From: an uncultured delta proteobacterium
GTDB taxonomy: Bacteria > Myxococcota_A > Polyangia > Fen-1088
Reading direction: 5' to 3'
DNA: 64,000 bases
NCBI GenBank assembly: GCA_963796685.1
Contig: CAWCMR010000009.1
Coordinates: forward strand, 256,001 to 320,000
Part shown: positions 38,041 to 48,787 of the stretch, in pieces
How positions within the stretch are numbered: the first letter of the stretch is position 1
Layout: every line of letters starts with the position of its first letter
Position numbers and translations under genes: made by a program
The notes under the pieces: generated by a model
What the model was told of the DNA's origin: nothing
The model's database searches: none
Seen by the model: the letters and a program-made list of their open reading frames with translations, nothing else

Positions 38041-39237
38041 ATGTCAAAAGGCGCGCGCATCGTTCTTCCCCTCGCCCTCGCCGCCGGCTTTACACTTGGG
38101 GCCTTGCACTTCCTGCCCAGACTGGCGTCCTTGGCGTTCATCATCCGCGTGGCAAAGCACGAGGGCGTGCTGCTGCGCCTGGCGCGGCTCGAAGCTCGCG
38201 CGATTCACGAAGGCCCCATCGTCGCCGTCGTCACCCGTCACGGCCCGGTCGAGACGCGGCTCTACCGGCCCGACCGGCCCGCGCGCCGGACCGCCATCCT
38301 GGTGCCCGGCATCCACATGGATGGCATCCACGAAGCGCGCTTGGTCGGTCTGGCACGCGAGTTGGCAGCCTCGGGGCTGCAGGTCCTCACGGTGGCACCG
38401 CCCGATCTCACGCACTACCGACTATCGACGAGAAGCACCGACGAGCTGGAAGACATCATCGCCTGGGCCTCCGCGCGGCCCGCGCTGGCCCCCGATGGGC
38501 GGGTGGGAATCATGGGCTTCAGCTTTTCCGGCGGCCTGGCACTGGTGGCGGCCGGCCGGCCGGCGGTACGCGATCGCGTCGCCTTCGTGCTCTCCTTGGG
38601 CGGCCATGGCGATCTTGCCCGCGTGCTGCGATACCTGTGCCTGGGTGCCACCGATCCCGTGGATGCGCAAGCGCGGGACCTGGCCACCGGCGGCGAGACC
38701 ATCCACATCCCCAAGCCGAACGACTATGGCGCCGTGGTCGCCTTGCTGAACCTTGCCGATCGCGTGGTGCCGGCCACGCAAGTCGCCGGGCTCGACGAAG
38801 CGGTGACGCTTTTCTTGCGAGCCTCGAGCGTCGATCGCCTCGACCCGACCAAGGCCAAATCCATGTTCGCTGGCGCCCGCCAACTCGGCGAGGCATTGCC
38901 CGAGCCGGCACGCACGCTGATGGGGTACGTGAACGACCGCGATGTCGGCAAGCTGGGACAGGCGTTGGCGCCGATTGTGGCAGGGCTCGACTTGCCGGCC
39001 GGGCTTTCGCCCGAGCGCTCGCCTCTTGCAACGGCGCCCGTGTTCCTGCTGCACGGGTCCGACGACTCGGTCGTGCCGGCCTCCGAGATGCTGTCGCAGG
39101 CGCGCGCTCTGGGGCACGCGACGCGGGTCCGGGCCTTTGCCAGCCGGCTGATCACGCACGCCGAAGTGAGCCGTGGCGCCGCGTCGGCCGAGATGTGGAA
39201 GCTGTCCGGCTTCTGGCAAGAGGTCATGGCACGGTAG
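38041..39237 (+). CDS. Alpha/beta hydrolase, membrane-anchored
   Basis: GFSFSGG nucleophile elbow, LLHGSDDSVVP, late His (ITHAE). Confidence 0.8.
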   Translation: MSKGARIVLPLALAAGFTLGALHFLPRLASLAFIIRVAKHEGVLLRLARLEARAIHEGPIVAVVTRHGPVETRLYRPDRPARRTAILVPGIHMDGIHEARLVGLARELAASGLQVLTVAPPDLTHYRLSTRSTDELEDIIAWASARPALAPDGRVGIMGFSFSGGLALVAAGRPAVRDRVAFVLSLGGHGDLARVLRYLCLGATDPVDAQARDLATGGETIHIPKPNDYGAVVALLNLADRVVPATQVAGLDEAVTLFLRASSVDRLDPTKAKSMFAGARQLGEALPEPARTLMGYVNDRDVGKLGQALAPIVAGLDLPAGLSPERSPLATAPVFLLHGSDDSVVPASEMLSQARALGHATRVRAFASRLITHAEVSRGAASAEMWKLSGFWQEVMAR

Positions 39238-39253
39238 GAGCAGTGCGCGGCCG

Positions 39254-40225
39254 TCACTTGCGCAGATAGTGGCAGGTGTAGCCGTCTGGGTTCTTCTGCA
39301 GGTAGTCCTGGTGATAACCCTCGGCCGGGTAGAAGGTCGACGCGGGCACGATCTGGGTGACGACCTTGCCCGGCCACTTGCCGGATTGATCCACCTCGGT
39401 CTTCACCCGTTCGGCGATCCCTTGTTGTTCGGCATCGTGAACGAAGATGGCCGACCGGTACTGCGTTCCGATATCGTTGCCCTGCCGATTGGGCGTCGTC
39501 GGATCGTGCAGGCGAAAGAAGGTGCGCAGGATCTCTTCGTAGGAGATGACCTTGGGATCGAAGACGATCTGCACGGCCTCGGCATGGCCCGTACGCCCGG
39601 TGTGAACCTGCTCGTAGTCGGGTTGGTCGGTGGTTCCACCCGTGTACCCCACGATGCTTTCGAGCACGCCGGGCAGTTGTCGTATCAGCTCTTGCACGCC
39701 CCAAAAGCAGCCGCCGGAAAGAGTGGCGATTTCCCTCTTCCGCGTTTCCCTGCGTGTTTCATTGTCCGCGCCGGACGCCACGCCCAAGCGGGGCAAATAC
39801 GCGCCGTAGCCCTCCGCCGCCATGTGCTCGACGGGAACGAAGCGCAGCGCGGCCGAGTTGATGCAGTAGCGCTGGTGGGTCGGCCCTGGCCCGTCGTCGA
39901 AGACGTGGCCGAGGTGCGAGTCGGCCCGTTTGGAACGCACCTCGACGCGCGCATCGTAACGGGGATCGTCGACCTTGCCGACCACGCTCTCGGGCTCGAC
40001 GGGCCGGGTGAAGCTGGGCCATCCCGTGCCGGAGTCGAACTTGTCCGACGAGAGGAACAAGGGCTCGCCCGAGACGATATCGACGTAGAGCCCCGCCCGA
40101 TGGTTGTCCCAGTATTCGTTGCGGAAGGGCGGCTCGGTACCGCACTCCTGGGTGACATGGACCTGCATGGGTGAGAGCTGCTTGACTCGGGCGCTCTTGT
40201 CGATCTTGTCGTCGGCCGTTTTCAT
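39254..40225 (-). CDS. msrAB: Bifunctional methionine sulfoxide reductase MsrB-MsrA
   Basis: [28 protein letters not shown] then [20 protein letters not shown]. Confidence 0.96.
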   Translation of the reverse strand: MKTADDKIDKSARVKQLSPMQVHVTQECGTEPPFRNEYWDNHRAGLYVDIVSGEPLFLSSDKFDSGTGWPSFTRPVEPESVVGKVDDPRYDARVEVRSKRADSHLGHVFDDGPGPTHQRYCINSAALRFVPVEHMAAEGYGAYLPRLGVASGADNETRRETRKREIATLSGGCFWGVQELIRQLPGVLESIVGYTGGTTDQPDYEQVHTGRTGHAEAVQIVFDPKVISYEEILRTFFRLHDPTTPNRQGNDIGTQYRSAIFVHDAEQQGIAERVKTEVDQSGKWPGKVVTQIVPASTFYPAEGYHQDYLQKNPDGYTCHYLRK

Positions 40226-40332
40226 CTCGGGTTCCTCACCCTTTTGGATGCCGGAGAAGCGAATCGGTCGGGAGCGCTCGACGAAACCGGGACCTCGACG
40301 AGGCCTCCTATGTGGCGGGATGCAATATCGGG

Positions 40333-41655
40333 CTAGGGAAACTGGCCGGCGGCCACCAGCAAGTCGAGGCGGGCCTGGCGAACGGTGTCCTCGGCGATGA
40401 CGACCGCGCTGTCGGCGTCGCGGGCGCGGCGTTCGGCGTCGATGACCTCGATGTTGGTGGTCGCGCCGGCGTGGTAGGCGAGGTTGGCCAGCTCCAGCGC
40501 CTGGTGTGCGAGCTCGGCGGCGGCGTTGGACGAGCGCATGGCCTCGTCGGCGCGACGGATCTCCTCGACCGCCACGCGAATATCGGAACGCGTTTGTCTG
40601 AGAAGACCGTCATACTGCGCGCGCGCCTCGGCCACGATCGCATCGCGCTCGCGCAGCTGTCCTCTGCGCAGACCGCCCTCGATGAGCGGGAAGCTGAGCA
40701 CCAGCATGGCCTGCCACCCGGTCTCGGGCATGGTCAAGGTGGCCGGGTGCTGGAAGAAGGGTTGAAACTGCCCGCTCAGTACCGGCGTGTAGTCGGCCCA
40801 GCTGTCCTTCCTGGTCTTCTCGGCAAGAAAGGCGCGGGCCTTGGCGGCGCGAACGTCTTGGCGACGTTCGGCCGCGTCCTCGAAATTCCTGCTGGCCTCG
40901 GGCAGAAGGACGTCGTCGAGCGTATCCACGGGCTTGTCTTCGGCCAGGAGCACGCCCAGCGCCTCGCGGGCGCGGGCCAGCGTGGTGAAGCTGTTGGAGA
41001 ACAGAGCCTGATCCGCGGCCAGTTGCTGCGCGGCCCTGACCTCGTCGACCCGGTTGCCCACTCCGCCGGAAAAGCGCGTGTGCGTGTACTCGTAGTGCGA
41101 GCGATCGTTGGCCACCGAGCGCGCGTTGATGTCGACCTGGCGCTTCTGCGCGATGATGAGCAAGTAGGCGCGCGCCACCGCCGTCGCGAGCGTACGCCGA
41201 ACGTCCTCGCTGCTGGCCTGGGAGGTGGCGAGATTTGCCGAGGACTCGGACCAACTCATCCAGGCGCGCGGCGCAACGAGTGGAACGTTGAGGACCAGGT
41301 TGGCGGACTGCTGATTTTGCGCAGCGATGACATTGGTTCCAAATACTCTATTTGCGTCGAGACGAGTCAGAGTCCCGTTGGCGGCAAGCGACGGCATGGA
41401 CCCGGACCGAGCCTCTGCCAACAGCGCCTCGGCCCGCTTGATCTCCTGCATGGCAACCACCGCCGTCGGGTTGCCGGCCAACGCGCGCCGGACGGCCTCG
41501 GTCAGAGATATCTTTTCATAGCCCGTGCCGGACTCGGGCGACACATCGACGAGCTTCGGGATGGGCGGCATGGCGGGAAGCTCCTCCGTGGAGGCCAGCC
41601 CCGCGACCATCGAAAGCAAGACCCCCGCCGCGACCGCGGCTATCGACCGATCCAC
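40333..41655 (-). CDS. TolC-family outer-membrane efflux protein
   Basis: [11 protein letters not shown], two OEP-like repeats, [17 protein letters not shown]; GTG at 41655 after AGAGG. Confidence 0.88.
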   Translation of the reverse strand: MDRSIAAVAAGVLLSMVAGLASTEELPAMPPIPKLVDVSPESGTGYEKISLTEAVRRALAGNPTAVVAMQEIKRAEALLAEARSGSMPSLAANGTLTRLDANRVFGTNVIAAQNQQSANLVLNVPLVAPRAWMSWSESSANLATSQASSEDVRRTLATAVARAYLLIIAQKRQVDINARSVANDRSHYEYTHTRFSGGVGNRVDEVRAAQQLAADQALFSNSFTTLARAREALGVLLAEDKPVDTLDDVLLPEASRNFEDAAERRQDVRAAKARAFLAEKTRKDSWADYTPVLSGQFQPFFQHPATLTMPETGWQAMLVLSFPLIEGGLRRGQLRERDAIVAEARAQYDGLLRQTRSDIRVAVEEIRRADEAMRSSNAAAELAHQALELANLAYHAGATTNIEVIDAERRARDADSAVVIAEDTVRQARLDLLVAAGQFP

Positions 41656-41665
41656 CGGACCTCTA

Positions 41666-41911
41666 GAGCACCGAACGGGTTGAAAGTGCAGAGAATTCAA
41701 GAAGTTGCTACGCACGTGCCCCCTCCGATCCCCTCGCCCCGCGCAGCGGGGAGAGGGTTAGGGTGAGGGGCCAGCGCACCCTCTCGCATGGCCGAACCCC
41801 TCACCCGACGCGCTTCGCGCGTCGACCTCTCCCCGCTTCGCGGGGCGAGGTGAATTTTCCGAGCACTCGCAAGCTCTCGATTCTGCACAGCATTCAACCC
41901 GTTCGGTGCTC
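41666..41911. mobile_element. MITE with TA target duplication carrying an internal REP-like pair
   Basis: TA|GAGCACCGAACGGGTTGAA ... TTCAACCCGTTCGGTGCTC|TA; internal CCCTCGCCCC...GGGGAGAGGGTTAGGGTGAGGGG and an inverted partner. Confidence 0.85.
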
Positions 41912-44900
41912 TACGCATGCACTGGCTCCTCGTCGTCGTCCTCGTGCGGTGCGCGGCGTTTGGCGAAGCGATCGAGCAGGGTGTAAAGCGCGGGCACCAG
42001 GAACAGGGTGAAGAAGGTGGAAACCATGAGCCCGCCGATGACCGCGCGGGCGAGCGGCAGGTTGGTTTCGCTGCCCTCGCCGATGCCGAGGGCCATGGGC
42101 AGCAGGCCGAGGACCGTCGCCACGGTGGTCATCATGATGGGACGCAGGCGGGTGCGGCCGGCCTCGATGGTCGCCTCCTTGAGCTCCTTGCCCCGCCGCC
42201 GCAGCACGTTGGCGAAGTCGACCAGGAGGACGCCGTTCGACACCACGATACCGACCATCATGATGATGCCCATGAAGCTGTTCACGCTCAACTTGGTCTG
42301 GGTGAGAAACAGCATGATAAAGACGCCCGAGATGCCGAGGGGCACGCTGAACATGATGACCAGGGGATCGATGAGCGACTTGAATTGGCTGGCCAGCACC
42401 ATGTACACGAGCAGAAGCGCCATGATGGCCGCGAAGATCAGCCCGCGAAAAGCCTTCTTCTGCTCCAGGGTCTGCCCGCCCAAGGTCGCGGAAAAGCCGT
42501 CGGGCGGCTGCAACTGATCGACGGCGCCTTGGACCGCCTGGCTGGCGGCACCGAGATCGGAATCGGGGGCGACGTTGGCGGTCACATGGATGATGCGCTG
42601 GAGGTACTTGCGATCGATCATGACCGGGCCGCTGCGCCGGTCGATGTGTGCCAGGGTGTCGACCGTGACGATGCCGCCCGCGGGTGAGCGCACGAACATG
42701 TCGCCCAGGTCCGACACGTGTCCGCGATCTTTGTCCCCCATGCGCACGTTGATGTAGTACTCGTTGCCGGTCTTGGGATCGGTGTAGGGCACCGGCGTGA
42801 TTTGCGTGTTGCCGAGCAACCCCACCAAAATGGTCTGCGCCACGTCCTGTTCCGAGACGCCCAGCATACCGGCCTTCTCGCGATCCACGTTCACGTCGAA
42901 CTCGGGGCTGTTCTCCTCGCGCGAGGATTGCACGTCGACCACGAGCGGCCGCCCCTCGGCATCGGTGAGTGTGCGCATCTTGGCCATTAACCGGTCGGCG
43001 TATTGCGAGCCGGCGTCGAAGTCGTAGCCGAGGATCTCGACGTCGATGGGCGCCGCGGCCCCGAAATTCTGGATGCGCTTCACGATGCCGCCGATGAAGA
43101 AATACGCCTGCGTTCCCGGAATCGCATCTTTGAGCCCCGAGCGCACCTTCTCCGCTGCCGCGACGTCCGAAAGCGAGCGATCCGTTCTCGGCACGAGGTA
43201 CACCTGTAGGCTACCCGAATGGGTGCCGGTGTTGCTGCTGAAGATCGCGGTCCGCCCCTGGGGCAGCCCCGTGTCGGTGAGCATGGTCGTGTACAGCGGC
43301 ACCTCCTTGCCGCCCTGGCGAAGCGGAGCGAGTTGGTCTTCGACCACCTTTTCGAGCCGCTTCGTGATCTCTTCCGTGCGCTCGACGCGCGTGCCGATGG
43401 GCGCCTTGTAGGTGATGGTGAACTGCGATTCGTCGGCATCGGGGAAGAACTCGCTGCCGATGAAGCGCTTGAGAGAAAGGCTGCCGACGAAGAACAGGAG
43501 GATCCCCAACACCGTGAGGCCGCGATGGGAGAGCACCCAGCGCAATACGCCCGCGTAGGCGAGATCGAGTCGATCGAAAAAGCCCGTGACCAAGGCGCCG
43601 ATGCCCTTCGACTTGCGCTCCTGCGCGCCTTCCTTGAGCCAGTAATAACAAAGCAGCGGCGTGACGGTTCGCGAGACCCAGAAGCTCATGGTGAGGGCGA
43701 ACGAAATGGTGAGCGCCAGCGGCAGGAAGAGGTAGCGGGCAATGCCGGACATGAACAGGACGGGAAAGAACACCACGATGGTCGTGATGGTCGACACCAA
43801 GATGGGCATGGCCACTTCCTGGGCGGCCAGGAGCACTGCCTGCTTGCGATTCTGTCCCGAGGCCAGGTGGCGATGGATGTTCTCGAGCTCGACGATGGAG
43901 TCGTCGACCAGGCGCCCGACCCCGAGCGCAAGGCCGCCCAGGGTGAAGACGTTCAAGGTCTGGTTGGTGAAGAAGAGCAGCATGAAGGTGGCCACGATGG
44001 ACAGCGGGATGGCCACGGCGATGATGGCGGTGGCGCGGATGTTCATCAGAAAGACGAGAATGACCAAAATGGCCAAGAAACCGCCCTGCACGGCCTCGTG
44101 TTGCAGCGCCGCCACCGCCGACCGGATGTAGGCCGACTGGTCGAAGGAAATGTCCAGCTTCACGTTGCTCGGCACCCCGCGCAGCTTGGGAATGGCCGCG
44201 CGCACGGCGTCCACCGTGGCGATGGTATTGGCGCCCGGTTGCTTGAGCACACGCAGGAACACCCCCCGCCGGCCGTTGATGCGCACGATCTCGGTCTGAT
44301 CCGCCGAGAGATCCTCGACCTTGGCCACGTCGGAGACTCGCACGATGCCCTGGCCCTGCCCGGGCGAGGCCGCGGTGGAGCGAACGATGACGTGGCGCAA
44401 GGGCTCCACGTCGGGAACCTGGGTGTTGGTGAAGACGTTGTAGTCCCGATTCCCGGTGCGCAAGCTTCCGCTCGGCAAGAGCAGGTTGGAATTGCGAACC
44501 GAATTGGCCAGGTCGAGGATGCCGACACCGCGCGCCCGCATCGCGCTCCGGTCGGCCATGACCTCGATCTCGCGCACCTTTCCCCCGCTGACCGAGGCGC
44601 TGGCCACGCCCTGGATGCGCTCGATTTGAGGCTCGATGGTGTTGTAGGACAGGTCGTAAAGCTGCTTCTCGTCGAGGTCGTCGCTGGACACGGTCACGGC
44701 CACGACGGGGATGTTGGTGATATCGAACTTGAGCACGAAGGGCTGCTGAATTCCCGGTGGCAGGGTGTTCAGGATCTGCGCGATTCGCTGCGAAACCTCG
44801 AACTGGGCGTTGTCCAGGTTGGTGCCGTAGTTGAACCACACGCTGATGAGCGACACCCCCTGCTTGGACGAGCTTTCGACCCGGTCCACACCCGGCGAGG

Positions 44901-45117
44901 CGCTCACCGCGCGTTCGATGGGCTGGGTGATGGACTTCTCGATGTCCTCCGGCCCGGCCCCCGTATAGAAGGTCGCGATGCGGATGACGGGGATGGTGAT
45001 GTCAGGGAAAAGATCGACCGAGAGATTGTTGAGAGACACCACGCCCAGCACGATGAGCATGAGCGACAGCATCAAAATGAAAACCGGATTCTTGAGCGCG
45101 AGCCGTGTGAGCCACAT
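41911..45117 (-). CDS. RND efflux permease (AcrB/MdtB family)
   Basis: VDLFPDI, LVDDSIVELENI, GIVVSNGVLLVDF, RLRPIMMT; 1068 aa. Confidence 0.96.
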   Translation of the reverse strand: MWLTRLALKNPVFILMLSLMLIVLGVVSLNNLSVDLFPDITIPVIRIATFYTGAGPEDIEKSITQPIERAVSASPGVDRVESSSKQGVSLISVWFNYGTNLDNAQFEVSQRIAQILNTLPPGIQQPFVLKFDITNIPVVAVTVSSDDLDEKQLYDLSYNTIEPQIERIQGVASASVSGGKVREIEVMADRSAMRARGVGILDLANSVRNSNLLLPSGSLRTGNRDYNVFTNTQVPDVEPLRHVIVRSTAASPGQGQGIVRVSDVAKVEDLSADQTEIVRINGRRGVFLRVLKQPGANTIATVDAVRAAIPKLRGVPSNVKLDISFDQSAYIRSAVAALQHEAVQGGFLAILVILVFLMNIRATAIIAVAIPLSIVATFMLLFFTNQTLNVFTLGGLALGVGRLVDDSIVELENIHRHLASGQNRKQAVLLAAQEVAMPILVSTITTIVVFFPVLFMSGIARYLFLPLALTISFALTMSFWVSRTVTPLLCYYWLKEGAQERKSKGIGALVTGFFDRLDLAYAGVLRWVLSHRGLTVLGILLFFVGSLSLKRFIGSEFFPDADESQFTITYKAPIGTRVERTEEITKRLEKVVEDQLAPLRQGGKEVPLYTTMLTDTGLPQGRTAIFSSNTGTHSGSLQVYLVPRTDRSLSDVAAAEKVRSGLKDAIPGTQAYFFIGGIVKRIQNFGAAAPIDVEILGYDFDAGSQYADRLMAKMRTLTDAEGRPLVVDVQSSREENSPEFDVNVDREKAGMLGVSEQDVAQTILVGLLGNTQITPVPYTDPKTGNEYYINVRMGDKDRGHVSDLGDMFVRSPAGGIVTVDTLAHIDRRSGPVMIDRKYLQRIIHVTANVAPDSDLGAASQAVQGAVDQLQPPDGFSATLGGQTLEQKKAFRGLIFAAIMALLLVYMVLASQFKSLIDPLVIMFSVPLGISGVFIMLFLTQTKLSVNSFMGIIMMVGIVVSNGVLLVDFANVLRRRGKELKEATIEAGRTRLRPIMMTTVATVLGLLPMALGIGEGSETNLPLARAVIGGLMVSTFFTLFLVPALYTLLDRFAKRRAPHEDDDEEPVHA

Positions 45118-45147
45118 GGGGTGTTACTGCCTGAAATTCCGCGACAT

Positions 45148-46371
45148 CTAGTTGCGCCCCGGCACATGCCCCGCGGAACGGTCGGCCTCGACAGGCGGAG
45201 GCGCGCCTGGCCCGGTGGACGCCCCGCTGTACGGGTTCACGCCGCGGGCCACCCGCACCGTGGTCCCATCGGCCAGACCGTCGGCGCCAGCAATGACCAC
45301 TTCCTCCCCCGCGGCGAGCCCCGACTTGACCTCCAGGGCCGCTCCGTCGTCGACATCGGTCCCCGTGGTGATGGCTCGCCGCTCGACCTTGGTGCCTTGA
45401 AGCACGAACACGTACTTCTGTTGCGACGAAATCTGCACGGCATCCACCAGCACGACCGGCGCATGGGGATGCGTCTCGAGCAAGATCGATCCGCGCCCGT
45501 ACATGCCGGGCCGCAGCTCACCCGCGTCGTTGGGAAGTTGCACCTCGGCCTCCAACGTGCGGGTCAAGGGATTGAAGGCCGGCGCCACGCGCACGACCTT
45601 GCCCATGAACCTGCGCCCGGGCAAGGCGTCCACCTCCACGTGCGCGTCCATGCCGACGGCGACCCCCATGGCATCGGTCTCGTTGAGGGTCAGGAACACG
45701 CGCAACCGGTCCATGCGCACCACGGTGATGATGGCTCCGCCGCCCGGCGGTCCGACCAGCGCACCCGGATCGAGGCGCCGGGCTGAGACATAGCCCGTGA
45801 TGGGCGAGGTGATGCGCGTTTCGCCGAGCCGAATGGCCAAACCCGAAATCTGGGCCTGTGCCGAGGCCTCGGCGGAATTGGCGGAAGCCAACGCGGCGCT
45901 CGCCGACTGAAGCTCCTGTTGGCTGACCACGCCCGAGGGCGCCAGCTTGCTGGCCCGTTCGTAGTTGGTTCGAGCCAGCGCTGCCTGGGCCTTGATCTGG
46001 CCGATACTGCTGCGCGCCGCGGCGAGCTGATCGGGCAGGTCGCTCGGCCGCACCAGCGCCACGATTTGGCCCCGTTTCACGTGGTCGCCGCGATCCACGA
46101 AGACCGCATCGACGTAGCCGAGAACCTTCGAACCGATATCGACCTGCTCGAGCGGCCTCAAATCCACGGGCGAGTGAACCTCCACCGGAACGTCGCGGGC
46201 GACCACCTTGGCAACCACGACCGAGGGCGCCAAGCGGGTCTTGGAGGCGCCGCTCGATTGGGCCTTGCCGCAACCCGTGGCGGCGAGCACGACGAAAACG
46301 GAAAGACAGCCGGCGATCGACGAGCATCGGCCAGCGGATTTGCGACGGACAGCGAACAACATCGTGGCCAA
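45148..46371 (-). CDS. RND periplasmic adaptor (MFP) lipoprotein
   Basis: LAATGC lipobox, VDRGDHVKRGQ, ITSPITG, LRPGMY. Confidence 0.93.
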   Translation of the reverse strand: MATMLFAVRRKSAGRCSSIAGCLSVFVVLAATGCGKAQSSGASKTRLAPSVVVAKVVARDVPVEVHSPVDLRPLEQVDIGSKVLGYVDAVFVDRGDHVKRGQIVALVRPSDLPDQLAAARSSIGQIKAQAALARTNYERASKLAPSGVVSQQELQSASAALASANSAEASAQAQISGLAIRLGETRITSPITGYVSARRLDPGALVGPPGGGAIITVVRMDRLRVFLTLNETDAMGVAVGMDAHVEVDALPGRRFMGKVVRVAPAFNPLTRTLEAEVQLPNDAGELRPGMYGRGSILLETHPHAPVVLVDAVQISSQQKYVFVLQGTKVERRAITTGTDVDDGAALEVKSGLAAGEEVVIAGADGLADGTTVRVARGVNPYSGASTGPGAPPPVEADRSAGHVPGRN

Positions 46372-46488
46372 GACTTATTCCTGAAAACGACGAAGTGCAA
46401 CAGCGGCTTCCGCAGGAAAAGCGGGGTCATCCGTCGTCGCCGACCTTTCGCCCGGCGCCGGCGCCAGGGTGCGCTATGCTGCCCCCCC

Positions 46489-48342
46489 GTGAGAATCGCG
46501 GTCGCCTTGGTTGTGCTGGCGCTCGGCGCGGGTTGTCGCAGCCCGGCCGCAGCCGTGAACACCGGCATGCCCCCGGTCCAAGCAACCCGCAGCAACATCC
46601 TGCGCGCCGACTACGTCGGCTCCGCGGCCTGCGCGCCCTGCCACGCGGACATCTACGCCAAGTGGAACGCGTCTCCCATGCGCAAGATGACCCGCGACCC
46701 GGATCGGGCAGAGATTCGCGCCCCCTTCGCCGGCGAAAGCTTCGATTTCAAGAGCGACCGGGCGACCATGTTCCGGCAAGGCTCCGCGCGCTTCATGCAC
46801 GTGGCTTCGCGCCTGGAGGGCGAGCACCTGTTTCGGGTCACGCGCGTGATCGGCAACCACTACCGCGAGGACTTCGCGGGCGTCGAGGTCGCCGCGACCA
46901 CGGATAGCGTTACGCGTGGCACCGGACCCGAGCTGATTTTGCCCGTTACCTACTATTTTCAAACCCAGGGCTACCGGCCCAAGGGCTACTCGGTGATGAC
47001 GAACGAACGGCCCGGCCTGCACGTGGGCGGCGCATGGAACCAGACCTGCATCTTCTGCCACAACACCGTGCCCATGATCGACACGCTGCTGGGCGCGCTG
47101 GCCGGCCCCTCGGCTCCCGGCTACCAGGGGGTGTCCGTGGACCGCATCCTGCCGCCCGATCGGCGATTCACGTACCGGGTAACCAACGAGGCGGCCTTTC
47201 GCCGAGCGGTGGCGGGCGAGGCGAGCTTCGTGGGGGCCGCGTGGCCGGAGCAAGCGCGCGACGGTCGGCAAGTGGCACGCGCCGGGATCCACGCCCTTGC
47301 CAACCACTTCGAAGGCCAGCATCTCATCGACGAGGGCATCGGCTGCGAGGCCTGCCACGGGGGCAGCCGCGAGCATGCCGCCGATCCGCGCGTGCACACC
47401 TCGTTTGGGCCCCGCTCCGATCTTCTGTCCGTCGAGCCGGAGGACGGCGCGACGCCATCGCGCGCCTTACTCATCAACCGCACCTGCGCGCGCTGCCACC
47501 AGGTTCTCTTCTCGCACTATCCTTACACCTGGGAGGGCGGGTTCCGCCGCGGCGGACACCCGGGCGGTAGCTCGGGCACCTCGGGAGAGGCCAGGGATTT
47601 CCTGCTCGGCGGTCCCGCGCGCAACCTGGCCTGCACGGCCTGCCACGATCCCCATACACTCGACAAGCCCGAGCGACTGGCCGCGCTGGCGACCCCGGCC
47701 GGTAACCGCGTGTGCCTGCCCTGTCACACCTCGCTCGGCAGTCCGGAGGTCCTCGCCGAACACGCGCACCACCTGCCGAGCGGACCCGCCGGCTCGTGCG
47801 TGGCCTGCCACATGCCCCGCAAGAACATGGCGCTCGACTATGCCCTCACCCGCTACCACCGCATCGGATCGCCCACCGACCGCGAACGCGTGGAGGGCGA
47901 CCGCCCCCTCGAGTGCGCCTTGTGCCACGTGGACAAGAGCGTGGCCACGCTGGTGGGCGACCTGGAGCGCCTGTGGGGAAAACACTACGATCGGGACAAG
48001 CTGCGCGCGCTCTACGGAGATCTCGCGGGCAATACCCTGCTCGCCACCCTCGAGCGCGGGCGGCCTCACGAGCAAGTTGCGGCGGCCATGGTGCTGGCCG
48101 AGCACAAGGTGAGCGCGGCGGCGCCCGAAGTGGCACACCTGCTCGCCAGCCCCTATCCGCTGGCCCGCCGCTTCGCCGCCCAGGCGCTGGCATCCATGCT
48201 GGACAAGCCCTGCCCCGTCGACGTCGATGCCACCGCCATGGAAATCGAGCAGGCGCTGGCCCGCTGCGGGCTAGCCCCGACGGATCCGCGCCCGGCCGCC
48301 CCCCAAAGCCATGGGAAAGGAGACCCGGGCGACGAGGACTGA
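46489..48342 (+). CDS. Octaheme c-type cytochrome lipoprotein with C-terminal HEAT-like repeats
   Basis: LGAGC lipobox; CAPCH, CIFCH, CEACH, CARCH, CTACH, CLPCH, CVACH, CALCH. Confidence 0.9.
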   Translation: MRIAVALVVLALGAGCRSPAAAVNTGMPPVQATRSNILRADYVGSAACAPCHADIYAKWNASPMRKMTRDPDRAEIRAPFAGESFDFKSDRATMFRQGSARFMHVASRLEGEHLFRVTRVIGNHYREDFAGVEVAATTDSVTRGTGPELILPVTYYFQTQGYRPKGYSVMTNERPGLHVGGAWNQTCIFCHNTVPMIDTLLGALAGPSAPGYQGVSVDRILPPDRRFTYRVTNEAAFRRAVAGEASFVGAAWPEQARDGRQVARAGIHALANHFEGQHLIDEGIGCEACHGGSREHAADPRVHTSFGPRSDLLSVEPEDGATPSRALLINRTCARCHQVLFSHYPYTWEGGFRRGGHPGGSSGTSGEARDFLLGGPARNLACTACHDPHTLDKPERLAALATPAGNRVCLPCHTSLGSPEVLAEHAHHLPSGPAGSCVACHMPRKNMALDYALTRYHRIGSPTDRERVEGDRPLECALCHVDKSVATLVGDLERLWGKHYDRDKLRALYGDLAGNTLLATLERGRPHEQVAAAMVLAEHKVSAAAPEVAHLLASPYPLARRFAAQALASMLDKPCPVDVDATAMEIEQALARCGLAPTDPRPAAPQSHGKGDPGDED

Positions 48343-48387
48343 CGCGCGCAACGGAACTTACATGAGTCTGTGGCATCCTAGGGGGGC

Positions 48388-48777
48388 GTGAAGGCCTCCG
48401 AACGAACCCATTGGAAACAGCGACTGCTTGCCTTGCGCGCCGGGATCCTGGCGGAGGGCGATGTGGCCATCGAGCCCGTGCGCAAAGACGACGTGCGGGC
48501 GGGCAGCGACGAGGACGGACAGCCGCTCGTGGAGATGAGTCAGGTCATCGCCTCGAAACGCAACCGCGCGCGCACCGAGTCCCTTGGCCGCGTGAACAAA
48601 GCCCTGGCCCGCCTCGAGAAAGAGCCGGAGACGTTCGGTCTGTGCCGCGAATGCGAAGAGCCGATCGGCAAGCGCCTGGAAGCCGTGCCCTACGCCGAGC
48701 TTTGTGTCGAATGCCAGCAGACCAGCGACGGCGGCCGCAAGCCTGACCGCCGCCGACATCTGCTGGATTTCAAATGA
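48388..48777 (+). CDS. TraR/DksA C4 zinc-finger protein
   Basis: ALARL...FGLCRECEEPIGKRLEAVPYAELCVECQ. Confidence 0.9.
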   Translation: MKASERTHWKQRLLALRAGILAEGDVAIEPVRKDDVRAGSDEDGQPLVEMSQVIASKRNRARTESLGRVNKALARLEKEPETFGLCRECEEPIGKRLEAVPYAELCVECQQTSDGGRKPDRRRHLLDFK

Positions 48778-48787
48778 AGGAGAACGC

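Noticed and set aside
41656-41715. Extended TolC N-terminus from the ORF track (MRSNFLNS...)
   Set aside because: Lies inside the MITE; GTG at 41655 has an RBS and leads into a signal peptide.
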